The position numbers and the translations under genes are program-made. The notes under the pieces are model-generated. The model was not told the DNA's origin, searched no databases, and saw only the letters and a program-made list of their open reading frames with translations. From assembly GCF_009914755.1 (NCBI RefSeq), contig NC_060931.1: 64,000 bases of DNA. One strand, given 5' to 3'. The stretch's first letter is position 1; each line of letters opens with the position of its first letter. Shown piece after piece: positions 16,217-28,389 of this stretch. Source of the stretch: the human T2T-CHM13v2.0 reference genome, Homo sapiens.

Positions 16217-17314
16217 TTGGCCAGAGGCATAAAAATAGTAAGTAACTGCCCAAGATACCACAGCTGGTCAATTTAACTGGTGTCTCACAAATTGTAACAA
16301 TATGAAAAGTGTGGCTCTTTGGGTAGTTTTGCTATTGGATAGCATAAGAAAGTTACAGGGAGAATTTTAATGTGTGCCCCTACGCATGATTTCTGAGAAG
16401 GCAACATTCAGACCCTCGGAACTTTTGGCCAAACTCAGCCTTTCCACACCTGCTGCCTGGGTTCTCCCTGACTACGGGTTGTTAACACCCTCCCGGGCTC
16501 CCAGACAACTGTGTCCATGTCAGTGCATGTCAGTGCTCTCCAGATCTGTGTTCTGTCTGTCCCCTCAAAGTCGGGGACTCATTTCCTAAGGCTGCCCTGA
16601 CATACCCTTGGGGTCAGAGGAGTAGGGAAAGGGCTCTCTGATCAGCCTGGTGGAGCTGCTCTCTGGCTCAATGTCTTAATAACAAGAAAACCTCCTCAAG
16701 TTACAGAAATTCAGCAGAAATTCTAAGTTGTTCCTCACCCTCACTTTATTGTAGCAAAAGACCCCTCAAAATTCTGCACATTTCACCTGGTTTACATCAA
16801 ATATAATCCACTTGGTGTAGCCCTAAGTGTTTTCATTGACCCCACAGACACGCAGTAAGAGCTGAGTGTGTGAAGAGCAGTCTCTGATCTTCATGCCCAG
16901 GCTTGGTACAAAGTTTCTGACTTCCAGGGACTGGTCTTGCAGAGCACAGGGCATGAAGGCGTGCTGCCTGTGTCTGCCGTAACAAGTCCTCCTGAAGGCG
17001 TTCCACAGCCTTACCTGTGCTAGGAATTACAATTTTACTTAATAAAAAACAAGTGATTGGATGAATTATTAATTGAATGAGTGAATGATGCCTGTCATTA
17101 TGCTAAATATTTTACACAAAATATCCATTTACTTCCTTACAAAGCATCTGAGAAAGAGGCCAATTTGTTCCCATTTTATTGATTGGACCCAGAGTAATTG
17201 TCGAAGATGATGTGGCTGGTTGGTTTAACTGGTGTCTTAAAAATTGTAACAGAAATGAAGTGTGGCTCTTACGGAAGTTTTGCTATAGGGGCACAGTATG
17301 GTGAGCTCAGTGGG

Positions 17315-18232
17315 ACAGTCTTCTGCAGAGGCAGACGACCCCACCCAAAACATGCTTCAGGTGACATCACGCACAGAAGGGCGAGGAAAGTTTATGACTC
17401 CCGTAACTGAGGACTCTGGGAAGAGCCGGCCGGCCTCTAGCTCGTGTAAAAAGGCTTGGAAGTAGGGACAAGAGACTGGCCTGGGTTTCACTGTGGTTAG
17501 GACGTGTTTGATGTAGACTTTATTATTATTCAGGTCAGAACTAGGAACAGCTGCCATTGGAAAGCTGGTGTGTTACTCACAGATCCCTAGAGGAGGGGTC
17601 CGGCCACGCCATGGGGGCCACCTGGGGATGTGCCAGGGTTGGTCGGGTTGCTGAGGGGCAGGGAAAGTGAGAAGGAGCTTCTATTGTGGTTTCCACGATA
17701 AGGGAGGCTGAGGCAGGGTCAGCAGGCCCAGGACTGCCCAGCTTGAATAATTCTAGCCCTCTGGGAACAGCAGTTGCCCTGGGTCCGGTCCCTGCCCTGG
17801 GGTAACAAGTGTGGGTGGACAGCGGCCGGGAGTGTGAGCCCACAGAGGAGGTGGCAGGTGTGGGCTCCTCCTTTGCACATGGATTGCAGGGTTTGCACAT
17901 GGAAAGCCTGTGTGGGGTGGGCGATGGTTCACTATCTGGGAATTGGCTGATTGTGAGAGGAGCAGCTCCCCAGGGTCAGCAGGGCCCCAGCTATCAGAGT
18001 ATCATATACAGAAAATGAGAGACAATTCATACTGATGGTGGGCTGGGGCTAGAGTTCCTAACGGGAGAGATTTGTGGGGTTTTAATCTCCCACTAGTGCC
18101 AGAGGAGGGAAACACCCCCCACCCCTGGCTTTCTCAACAGCTGCCCAGATGTGGGGTGAAGGGGAGGAGGGAGAAACATCAATGCTGTCAGCAGCTGAAT
18201 ATGAAAGAGTGGGGTCAGACTGCTGCTCACCA
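17315..18232 (-). mobile_element. MER54-like ERVL LTR, interrupted by a MER74-like LTR
   Basis: Reverse complement of 18060-18225 (gtctgacccc...ctgctgacagc...ccccacatctgggcagctg...agaaagcc) matches the recalled MER54 5' part. Left boundary is approximate. Confidence 0.55.
17505..18033 (-). mobile_element. MER74-like ERVL LTR (nested)
   Basis: tgatgtagactttatt...ttactcacagatccctagaggagggg...cagggtcagcagggccccag...tacagaaaatga. Confidence 0.55.
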
Positions 18233-18582
18233 CACTGGGGGAAAGAGCCAAGTCTCAGGCTGAATGCTGAAGGACCTCCCCAGTTCTGGCAGGAAGCACG
18301 GACTCCTGGTCTGCAGACCCCGAGAGATGTCCGGCTGCCCGTGCACCCTCAGCCCCTTCTGACCACCTGGCAGGTGCTGGCTGCAGCTAGCTACATGCTG
18401 GTTCTGAGGATCTCCACCAGAGCAGGAGAGCTGGAGGCATCCTCTAGCAAGCCACGTGTTTTGGATGCCTGCATCCACCCCTGAAAGGGACATTAAAATG
18501 AGGGTGTCCAGGAAGCACCCAGGCATTGGGAGTAAGAGCATCTGGAATTATCTTTGTTTCCTTGTGGTAACTGATTGCCATG

Positions 18583-18938
18583 TCTATTAGTTCATTTTTA
18601 TGCTGCTATAAAGATACTATCTGAGTCTGGGTAACGTATAAACAAAAGAAGTTTAATTGACTCACATTCTGCATGGCAGGGGAGGCCTCAGGAAACTTAC
18701 ACTCATGGCAGAAGGGGAAGCTAGGACCTTCTTTGTATGGTGACAGGAGAGAGAGCACAAGAAAAACTGCCACTTTTAAAACCATCAGATCTTGTAAGAA
18801 CTCCTTCACCAGCATCAGAACCGCATGAGGGAAACCACTCCCGTGATCGAGTCACATCCCACCAGGTCCCTCCTTCCATACGTGGAGATTACAATTCGAG
18901 GTGAGATTTGGGTGGGGACATAGAGCCAAACCATATCA
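18583..18938 (-). mobile_element. THE1D-like MaLR solo LTR
   Basis: Ends gggtggggacatagagccaaaccatatca. Perfect 5-bp TSD ccatg (18578-18582 / 18939-18943). Confidence 0.9.
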
Positions 18939-18997
18939 CCATGCTAATGGCCTGGTTGGCACAGGGCCGTGAGTGAAGGACTCTGTATAACAGGGGC

Positions 18998-19216
18998 CGG
19001 TGGCTTTCACATGCTGTTAACTATCACTCACAATAAGAAGTACATTTTCACATGGCAAACCACAAAAGCATGTGTACATATAACGGACAAAGTTTCATGA
19101 AGCTTACTGTACGTGAAGAATTCCATTATTTTCTATTGTGATTTATTCCAACTTGTAAAAACACTTAGTCCTCAGTTTCTAAATTGATTTCAACACCTTC
19201 AGCATGAAAAAAGCTG
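18998..19216. mobile_element. MER112-like hAT-Charlie element
   Basis: cacaataagaagtacattttacat...aaagtttcatgaa...ctaaattgatttca...tgaaaaaagctg. Confidence 0.5.
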
Positions 19217-19227
19217 GACTAGAATAC

Positions 19228-19939
19228 TGTGGATGGCTCTGTATAGAGCACCCTTGACATAAGTGACTCTTACTTAGAAAAAGACCCCATCTTACACTTC
19301 GAAAGGCATCGTGCCAGCAGGGATCAGATGTTCACCTAATCCATAGAGATGGCACCCAACCAGATAAGGGCATACATAGGCACACTCTTTACCATGCGTC
19401 CTCACCAGAGGACTCATGGGCTATAAAAGAGCAAGACCTCACCAGCTCGACATGGGCACCTCCACACACCCCGTCTTGCTGTCACCTGTGATCAGCACCA
19501 GCCATCTGCCAATGAAGGCTGTGCCCAAATCAAAGACTCTTCCTTGAAAGAGGTTGAGGACTGTCAGGATCAGGCCAGGACACTCTTTGTCCACACCTCT
19601 CTCATTGAATTGGTTCATTCATCCTTTTTTTCCTATGCCCTTTTCTCTTGATGTTAAATGTCACCCTGATGTGAAAACTTTAATCTGTAACATTTATATA
19701 TTGATTAAGTATGTTGTCACGTATGGTTTGCAATATTGATTGACCTGTGGTGTGGCTTGAGCCTGCATGCTTGTGGGTCTGACTACTGAGTAAACAGGAA
19801 GTTCTAAGGACAACTGCCTCCTCGGGAACCCCATGGAACTCGTGGCTTTTGTGACTGAAATAACATCAGTAAAGTCTGACCTTGTGGAGACACACAAGTG
19901 TGTGTGGACCTGGTTATGTCTGACCTCGCACCACTCACA
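19228..19939 (+). mobile_element. ERVL solo LTR (MER76-like)
   Basis: TG...CA bounded element of ~710 bp starting tgtggatggctctgtatagagcacccttgacataag, with internal tataaaag and an agtaaa polyA-like signal. Confidence 0.55.
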
Positions 19940-20279
19940 ATAGGATGCACCGCATCAGTGAGTCAGCTTCTGCAGGCTCCAGACGCTCACATGGGGGATT
20001 TGAAGGTCCTCTAGAAATTCCTGAATTGGAGGGTGTATGTGTATTTTTGTTTTTAAATAATTATTACTGTTAATCCTCCTCCCCACCCATATCAAAGCAA
20101 CAGATGTTAACCATTGAATATTAGGAAAATTTTCAACAAGGTAAAGGAGAAATTAAATTCTGCAATAATCTCACTACCCAGAGAAATCCACTAAGTCCAG
20201 TAAAGGCATACTTAATTTCACTTCCTTTTCTATCCTTTCTCTCTCCTCTATTCCTCCCTCCCTCCCTTTCTTTCTAAAA

Positions 20280-21420
20280 TGGCTATCATTATTAATCATT
20301 ATGCTATGAGCATTTTCTCATATTGTTCTTCAGACATAGAATTTAAATAGTTGCATGTATCATTTAGATAGAATGCTATCACTTATTCATTTCTTATTTT
20401 GAGGCATTTAAATGATTTCTTTATAAATAATATTGAGATGAACATCCCATTACATAAACTTTTAGTAATATCTTCCATGTTCTTAAGATATATTATTAGA
20501 AGAGAAAATTACTGGGTCAAACCACAGTTATTTTAAATTCCCTTGGTTTTGTGAAATGGGAAAATAATACAAATGAAAAATACATTGAGTTGGGTTTATG
20601 TTCTCAGAAAATAAATTGTCAAAAACATCTTTATTTAATTGCACTGCAGTAGGACAGTGATGACATGGGTTATTTTTCTTAATACCATCAAGATGGGTAG
20701 ATTTTGTATAGGTTTTGAATATGTTATCTTTATGAAACGCGTTTGCATCAACCAGTAAAATTTAGAAATTACCATTATTTTTCATACCGACTCTTAGCTC
20801 CATGACACGTGAATTATGTTAACCATGTTTTAAAACTTACGAAGTAACTAAAAGACAAAGGGTCCTTAATGTACCTAACTAGGAGAATTTATATTTCCTC
20901 CTTGGGTTTCAGAAGCTTAAAAAGTATCAACATGGTATAATGGAATTGCAAAATGTATTATCTTGGAAACTTTTTTTTAAAACCTCAGTGTTGTTAGCAA
21001 TCACTAAATTGCATAGATGCTTCATCATTTTTGAAGGACAGTTCGTATTTCTGATTTTTTTATAAGTAAAGATGCACCCAAATGGCTTTTGTCTACCACT
21101 CATATTATCAAACTGTCTAACAAAGATTCTGCCAGTTCATCCTCCTACATGTATGAAACTGCCAAGTCATGATACACTCACTGCCAGTGTTTTTTTTCCT
21201 AATTGTTAATAACTTAATAGGTTATAAAATGGCATCTTGATGTCTCCACCTAATTTTCTTTGGTTACTAATAGGTTTGAATTTTATGGGGTTTTGGCCAT
21301 TGTATTATTTTGCCAGATATCTTTAAGCTTTTTCTCTTTCTTACAGACTTGAAAGAGCTCTTTATATAAGTATATTCACTGCTTGTTATATATGAAAAAT
21401 ATCTTCCCCAATTTGCTAAA
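20280..21420 (-). mobile_element. L1ME-like remnant in two pieces (20280-20530, 21085-21420)
   Basis: Antisense L1 motifs: attactgggtcaa, aaaatggcatcttga, aagagctctttatata. Confidence 0.5.
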
Positions 21421-21498
21421 AGTGATTACCAAAATTAAAACATAATAATCAATGCTATAAATGAGGTTGTTAAATAGACAATAACATGACAACTGTAC

Positions 21499-22161
21499 TG
21501 ATAAAGTTTGGATCTGTGTTCCAGCTCAAATCTCATGTTGAATTTTAATCACCAGTGTTGGAGGAGGGGCCTGGTGGGAGGTGATTGGATCAGGGAGGTG
21601 GATCTCTCTTGAATGATTTAGCACCATCTACCATTGCTACTGTACAGTGAGTGAGTTCTCATGAGATGTGGCTCTTTAAAAGGACGGGGCACCTCCCTCC
21701 TCTCTCTCTTCCCCCTGCTCTGGCCATGTAAGACAAATCTGCTTCCCCTTTGCCTTCCACTATGATTGTCAATGTCCTGAGGCCTCCCCAGGAGCCAAGC
21801 AGAAGCCATTATGCTTTCCCTACAGCCTTCAGAACCATGAGGCAATTGGAGTTCTCATGAATGATTTAGCACCATCTACCATTGCTACTGTACAGTGAGT
21901 TCTCATGAGATCCGATTGTTTAAAAGTGTGTGGCACCTCCCCTCTCTCTCTTCCTCCTACTCTGCCCATGTGAAGTGCTGGCTCCCCCTTTGCCTTTCGT
22001 CATGTTTGTAAGTTTCCTGAGGCCTCTCCAGAAGTGGAGTAGATGTCAGCATCATGCTTCCTGTATAGCTTGTGGAACGGTGAGTCAATTAAACCTGTTT
22101 GTTCTATAAATTACCCAGTCTCAGGTGTTTCTTTATAGCAATGTGAGTATGAACTAATACA
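21499..22161 (+). mobile_element. MSTA-like MaLR LTR with ~250-bp internal tandem duplication
   Basis: Starts tgataaagtttggatctgtg and ends gaactaataca. TSD tgtac/tctac. The central segment is present twice. Confidence 0.88.
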
Positions 22162-22438
22162 TCTACTACAAATCCAAAAGCAAACAGTGAAATCTCCTTT
22201 AATTCGACCAATGAACAATTACTGCTTTCATCTGTTCAGGTTCTATTCAATTCTTGACCTATGTGGATATTTAACATTTATGTAATTACAGCTAAGTATA
22301 TTATAACATTTTAGTTTAATTCACTTGAATAACTTGTTATAAGTACATTATTTTCACATTGTTTCATGGTTTTCATAATGTAGTATCTATATCCAACTTA
22401 AGAATATTTTGATGGTATTGAGAAATAGAAAAACCTAT

Positions 22439-23347
<909 letters not shown>

Positions 23348-24240
23348 TGCAGCAAATATCTTAATACCTTAATGTGCACATGGTAATTAGTTAATATCAC
23401 CTTTCATTTAAACTGTGTTTCACAGTCTCATTTCATTTTCACACATGTTCAAGACAAAACAAAACAACAAATCATGACTTACTATCAACTCTAGTCTGTA
23501 TCATGGACTATCCCTGGTCATACCAGGAAAACTGACTTACTATTTCCATCCAAATGTTGGAAGTTTGAAACATACCAATCTGTTGATGTTCAACTATGTT
23601 CAGGGCACTAACTGGAATTCAATTACATAAGTATTTATTGAGCCCTTACTATGTGCACAGAGGTCTCTGTCCAAGCTTCATTTGCAAATAGATTCATTTG
23701 ACAAAGATGAGAAGTGGACATGCAAACTACTCTAATGTAAAGAAAAAGGAAATAAACTTGTATTTGAATAAATAAATGGTGTCTTCACAAATCTGTGGCC
23801 TTAGTCAAAAGCTCTTCACATTCTCACCCAATCAGATCAATCCATTCTGCCTCTCCACTTATCAATCTTATTTATCTATAAAGGTCCAGTAAAAACGTTA
23901 CTATATCCTGTGAACAGTCTAGTTTTGAATTCATAGATATAAAATCTTAGCACCTGAAGGATACGTAGAGGTCTGGCCTCACCCTTAGTGTTACTGCTAA
24001 GAAAAGTGGGTGCAATTGATGGACACCTCCGGGATGGCCAGAGACAAGGCCAGGAGGAGCCCAGGCACCCTCCCTTCTGGGTACCACTCCTCTGGGGCTT
24101 GAGCTCTCCGTGGCTTTGTTGTACGTTTACCCCTTGACCCCCTGCTGAGATTATAAGCTCTATATGGCAGGAATTGCGACTTGGGACTTTTGTTCCACCT
24201 ATGTGGCTTTACATGGAGTAGGACCTCAGTAAACATTTTT

Positions 24241-24370
24241 GCACAGCTTTATTGAAGTATAATTGGTGTATGGTAAACTGCACATACCTAAAGTGCACCT
24301 TTGATGAGTTTTGATGTATATTTATGCACCTATGACATCATCCCCACAATTAAGACAATGAGTATCTCCA
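24241..24370 (-). mobile_element. L1MC/MD-like extreme 3' end (~130 bp)
   Basis: ctttattgaagtataattg...aaactgcacatacctaaagtg...gagttttga. Flanked by tcagtaaacattttt at 24226 and 24371. Confidence 0.75.
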
Positions 24371-24392
24371 TCAGTAAACATTTTTTGTTCAT

Positions 24393-25478
24393 TGTTGTGG
24401 GAAGTCAGGAACCTCGAATGGAGGGACTGGCTGAAGCCATGACAGAAGAACATAAATTGTGAAGATTTCATGGACATTTATTAGTTCCCCAAATTAATAA
24501 TTTTATAATTTCTTATGCCTGTCTTTATTGCAATCTCTGAACATAAATTGTGAAGATTTCATGGACACTTATCACTTCCCCAATCAATACCCTTGTGATT
24601 TCCTATGCCTGTCTTTACTTTAATTTCTTAATCCCGTCATCTTCGTAAGCTGAGGAGGATGTATGTCTCCTCAGGACCCTGTGATGATTGCGTTAACTGC
24701 ACACATTGTTTGTAGAGCATGTGTGTTTGAACAATATGACATCTGGGCACCTTGAAAAAAGAACAGGATAACAGCAATGTTCAGGGAACAAGAGAGATAA
24801 CCTTAAACTCTGACTGCCGGTGAGCCAGGCGGAACAGAGCCGTATTTCTCTTCTTTCAAAAGCAAATGGGAGAAATATCGCTGAATTCTTTTTCTCAGCA
24901 AGGAACATCCCTAAGAAAGCGAATGCATCCCTGAGGGTGGGCCTCTAAAATGGCCCCCTTGGGTGCGGCTGTCTTTTATGGTCGAAGCTGTAAGGATGAA
25001 ATAAGCCCCAGTCTCCCATAGCGCTCCCAGGCTTATTAGGAAGAGGAAATTCCTGCCTAATAAATTTTGGTCAGACTGGTTGATCTTAAAACCCTGTCTC
25101 CTGATAAGATGTTATCAATTACAATGGTGCCCGAAACTTCATTAGCAATTTTAATTTCACCCCAGTCCTGTGGTCCTGTGATCTCACCCTGCCTCCATTT
25201 ACTTTGTGATATCTTATTACCTTGTGAAGCATGTGATCTCTGTGACCCACATCCTATTCGTACACTCCCTCCCCTTTGGAAAATCACTAATAAAAACTTG
25301 CTGATTTTATGGCTCAAGGGGCAACACGGAACCTGCCGACATGTGATGTCTCCCCCGGACACCCAGCTTTAAAATTTCTCTCTTTTGTACTCTGTCCCTT
25401 TATTTCTCAGAACAGCCGACACTTAGGGAAAATAGAAAAGAACCTACTTGAAATATCATGGGTGAATTTCGTCCAGTA
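24393..25478 (+). mobile_element. MER11 (MER11C-like; HERV-K11/HML-8) solo LTR
   Basis: Starts tgttgtgggaagtcagg. Internal repeat gaacataaattgtgaagatttcatggaca occurs twice. aataaa at ~25289. 1086 bp with a perfect 6-bp TSD gttcat (24387-24392 / 25479-25484). Confidence 0.93.
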
Positions 25479-26072
25479 GTTCATGGAATAGACGGCCCAC
25501 ACATGACAATGATGAAATGGTGCAAGAAGCCCGATGTGGCATCTTTAGGGAGATCCAAGGGCTCTGGACTCGTGGAAGCTAGGGCATTTTGTGTTCTCAC
25601 AGTTCGAAGCACACGTTTTCAAATGTCCTTGCTCTGCCTTTGTCATTCCCTCAGTAGGATGGGCGTCTTCCAGTCTGAAACATCATCTTAGTCACCACAC
25701 TCCAAAGCCCTCAAGTGAAGCAGAGTAGTTTCACATCACACACCAATTAAGCCACACATTAGTTAGAACTAGAGGTTGCTGTGAGGACCACCCAGCACAT
25801 GTTCTATGAATAATGTGATATATTTCTATAAATCAGTATATAAGCAAAAATCTAAAATAGTTTTTTCTATTCTATAAACAAACTGAAGTATATATTACGA
25901 AACTCACAGTGTGTACAGTGTAATATAATATTCAAGGAAAAATGTTCATCAGATCATTCAATAATTTCTAACTCATTATTATTTTTAGAAATTACTGGTA
26001 TGGTCTTATGTTTGATAAGCTCTCATCAAACTAAATTTTGCTCATCTCTAAGCTACAATTTTATAAAGGAAG

Positions 26073-26880
26073 CTGTACCAAACCCTTCCAATGACTTCTC
26101 CATTATCTCACTGGTCATTGGGTGAGTCCTCACCATCACAGAAGGGACCTGTACCAAACGTTTACAAAGATCTCACTGGTCCTTGGGTGAGTCCTCCCCA
26201 CCACTGAGAGGACCTGTACCAAACCCTTCCAATGACTTCTCCATTATCTCACTGGTCCTTGGGTGGTGAGTCCTCCCCACCACAGAGAGGACCTGTACCA
26301 AACCCTTCCAACGACTTCTCCATTATCTCACTGGTCCTTGGGTGAGTCCTCCCCACCACAGAGAGGACCTGTACCAAACCCTTCCAGTGATTTCTCCATT
26401 ATCTCACTGGTCCTTGGGTGAGTCCTCCCCACCACAGAGAGGACCTGTACCAAACCCTTCCAGTGATTTCTCCATTATCTCACTGGTCATTGGGTGAGTC
26501 CTCCCCACCACAGAGAGAACCTGTACCAAACCCTTCCAATGACTTCTCCATTATCTCACTGGTCCTTGGGTGGCGAGTCCTCCCCACCACAGAGAGAACC
26601 TGTACCAAACCCTTCCAATGACTTCTCCATTATCTCACTGGTCCTTGGGTGGTGAGTCCTCCCCACCACAGAGAGGACTTATACCAAACCCTTCCAATGA
26701 CTTCTCCATTATCTTACTGGTCCTTGGGTGAGTCCTCCCCACCACAGAGAGGACCTGTACCAAACCCTTCCAGTGACTTCTCCATTATCTCACTGGTCCT
26801 TGGGTGAGTCCTCCCCACCACAGAGAGGACCTGTACCAAACCCTTCCAATGACTTCTCCATGATCTTGCTGGTCATGGAG
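26073..26880. repeat. 76/79-bp VNTR, ~10.7 copies
   Basis: Unit ctgtaccaaacccttccaatgacttctccattatctcactggtccttgggtgagtcctccccaccacagagaggac starts at 26073, 26149, 26214, 26293, 26369, 26445, 26521, 26600, 26679, 26755 and 26831. Confidence 0.97.
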
Positions 26881-27204
26881 TCTGGCCCATATCCTTACTG
26901 CAGCAGGATGGTGATGGGTGGGCTGCCCCCACCTCCTGGATGCTAGTGTTTCTCACACCACCTGTGCTTGGAGGGCCTGTGCTTCTGCCCCCACCTACAA
27001 CACTGTCACCAGCCCTGCCCGCTCCATTCTTCCCACCAGCCCTGGGCCCCTCCTGAGTGACATGCAGATCCTGCATCTGTCACAGCTGCCACCTGAGGGT
27101 CATTCAAGCCTTGGATCCATTACAGCTGCCACCTCGGTCTACTTAGCTCATGCTGCAACATCCAGATGCACTGGTCCCAAGTCCCAGTACCAACTCCACA
27201 GGAG

Positions 27205-27345
27205 TGAGGGGTGCTTTCTTTACAAGAGGAAAATTTGGACTCAGACACACACACACAGGGAGAAAGCCATGAGAGGGTGAAGGCAGAGGTCGGGTGATGC
27301 ATCTACAAACTAAGAGTGCCACAAGTGGCTTGACGAGGTGCCAGG
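27205..27345 (+). mobile_element. MLT1B-like MaLR fragment
   Basis: cttacaagaggaaaatttggac...gtgaaggcagagg...gatgcatctacaa. Confidence 0.6.
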
Positions 27346-28389
27346 CAGTCTGGGTTTGAGGTGCCAGTGGTTTAGGTTTAATTCCACAGCACCTGGGGCT
27401 GGGCCTATGGACATTCAATGCCCATGCCAGGAGGAAGAGGCCACTGCCCTGTTTAGGTGTAACTCCTGCTTGGAGAAATGAGGAGAAGCCGCAGCTTTCT
27501 GCTGGATGGTTTCCAGGCAGCTCAGACTGAGCCCTTGAGGCCATTTTCAGATGGTTCTCTTCATTTCTGGCAAGTTTGCAGTTGCAGATGCTATTGAGAA
27601 GGCAGAACCCAAAGAGAGAAGAGAAGGCATGGGAAGGCATTCAGAGCCCATCACAACGCAGCTGAGCAGCAGCCAGCATCCTTTAGTGGCAAACAACGCA
27701 AACTGACTTGGGCATATCAGGCATGAAGACACTGCAAGGACGTAGAGAAGTTTGCAGACTTGAGAGGAAATCTAGAAACCAGGTGAGTAAGGGTCAGGCT
27801 CCAGAGACTTCTGGGAGTCTGGGTGGCAGAACCATGGGTGGGTTTCCCAGGGCTCTGATGCAGCTGGGCTCCAACTATTTGGGGGTCATGTTGTTGTCTC
27901 TCTGCTAGAGCTGCAAACTGTGGGACCGAGCATCCCATTGGCCTAGCTGGGGCCACATGCCAGCCTTGGCTGCTGATGGGAAAGGATTAGGGGTGAGAGC
28001 TCTGCTGATGGTGCTTGATGAGAAAAGGATAATTACTTCAAAGGATGATCTAGGTCCTCTTACCACCGCAAAAGAGAATGGCAAAAATGTCCAATCTACA
28101 CCTACCAATGGTGAGTTCTTTAGAAGTCTCTGCATGATGTGCACCACAGGGATTTGGAAGAGGGAAGGATGCAGCTGACCTGGGGGAGTCACACGGCCTG
28201 TAAGAACAAGGAACTTGGTCAAGCCTGAGAGAAAGTCGCATTTGAGTAGGTGAAGAAGGCCGGGTGAAGAGACATACCGGCAAAGGCTGCAGCAGGGACG
28301 TGCTGGGCATGTTCTGGGGAAAAGGAAGAGGGGTTGACCTCAGCTGGGAGCCATGGTAGAGGCCAGGCTCCCTGTTCTCCAGAGGACCC

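Noticed and set aside
26073-26880. CRISPR-like array
   Set aside because: Units are contiguous with no unique spacers, there are no cas genes, and the context is primate.
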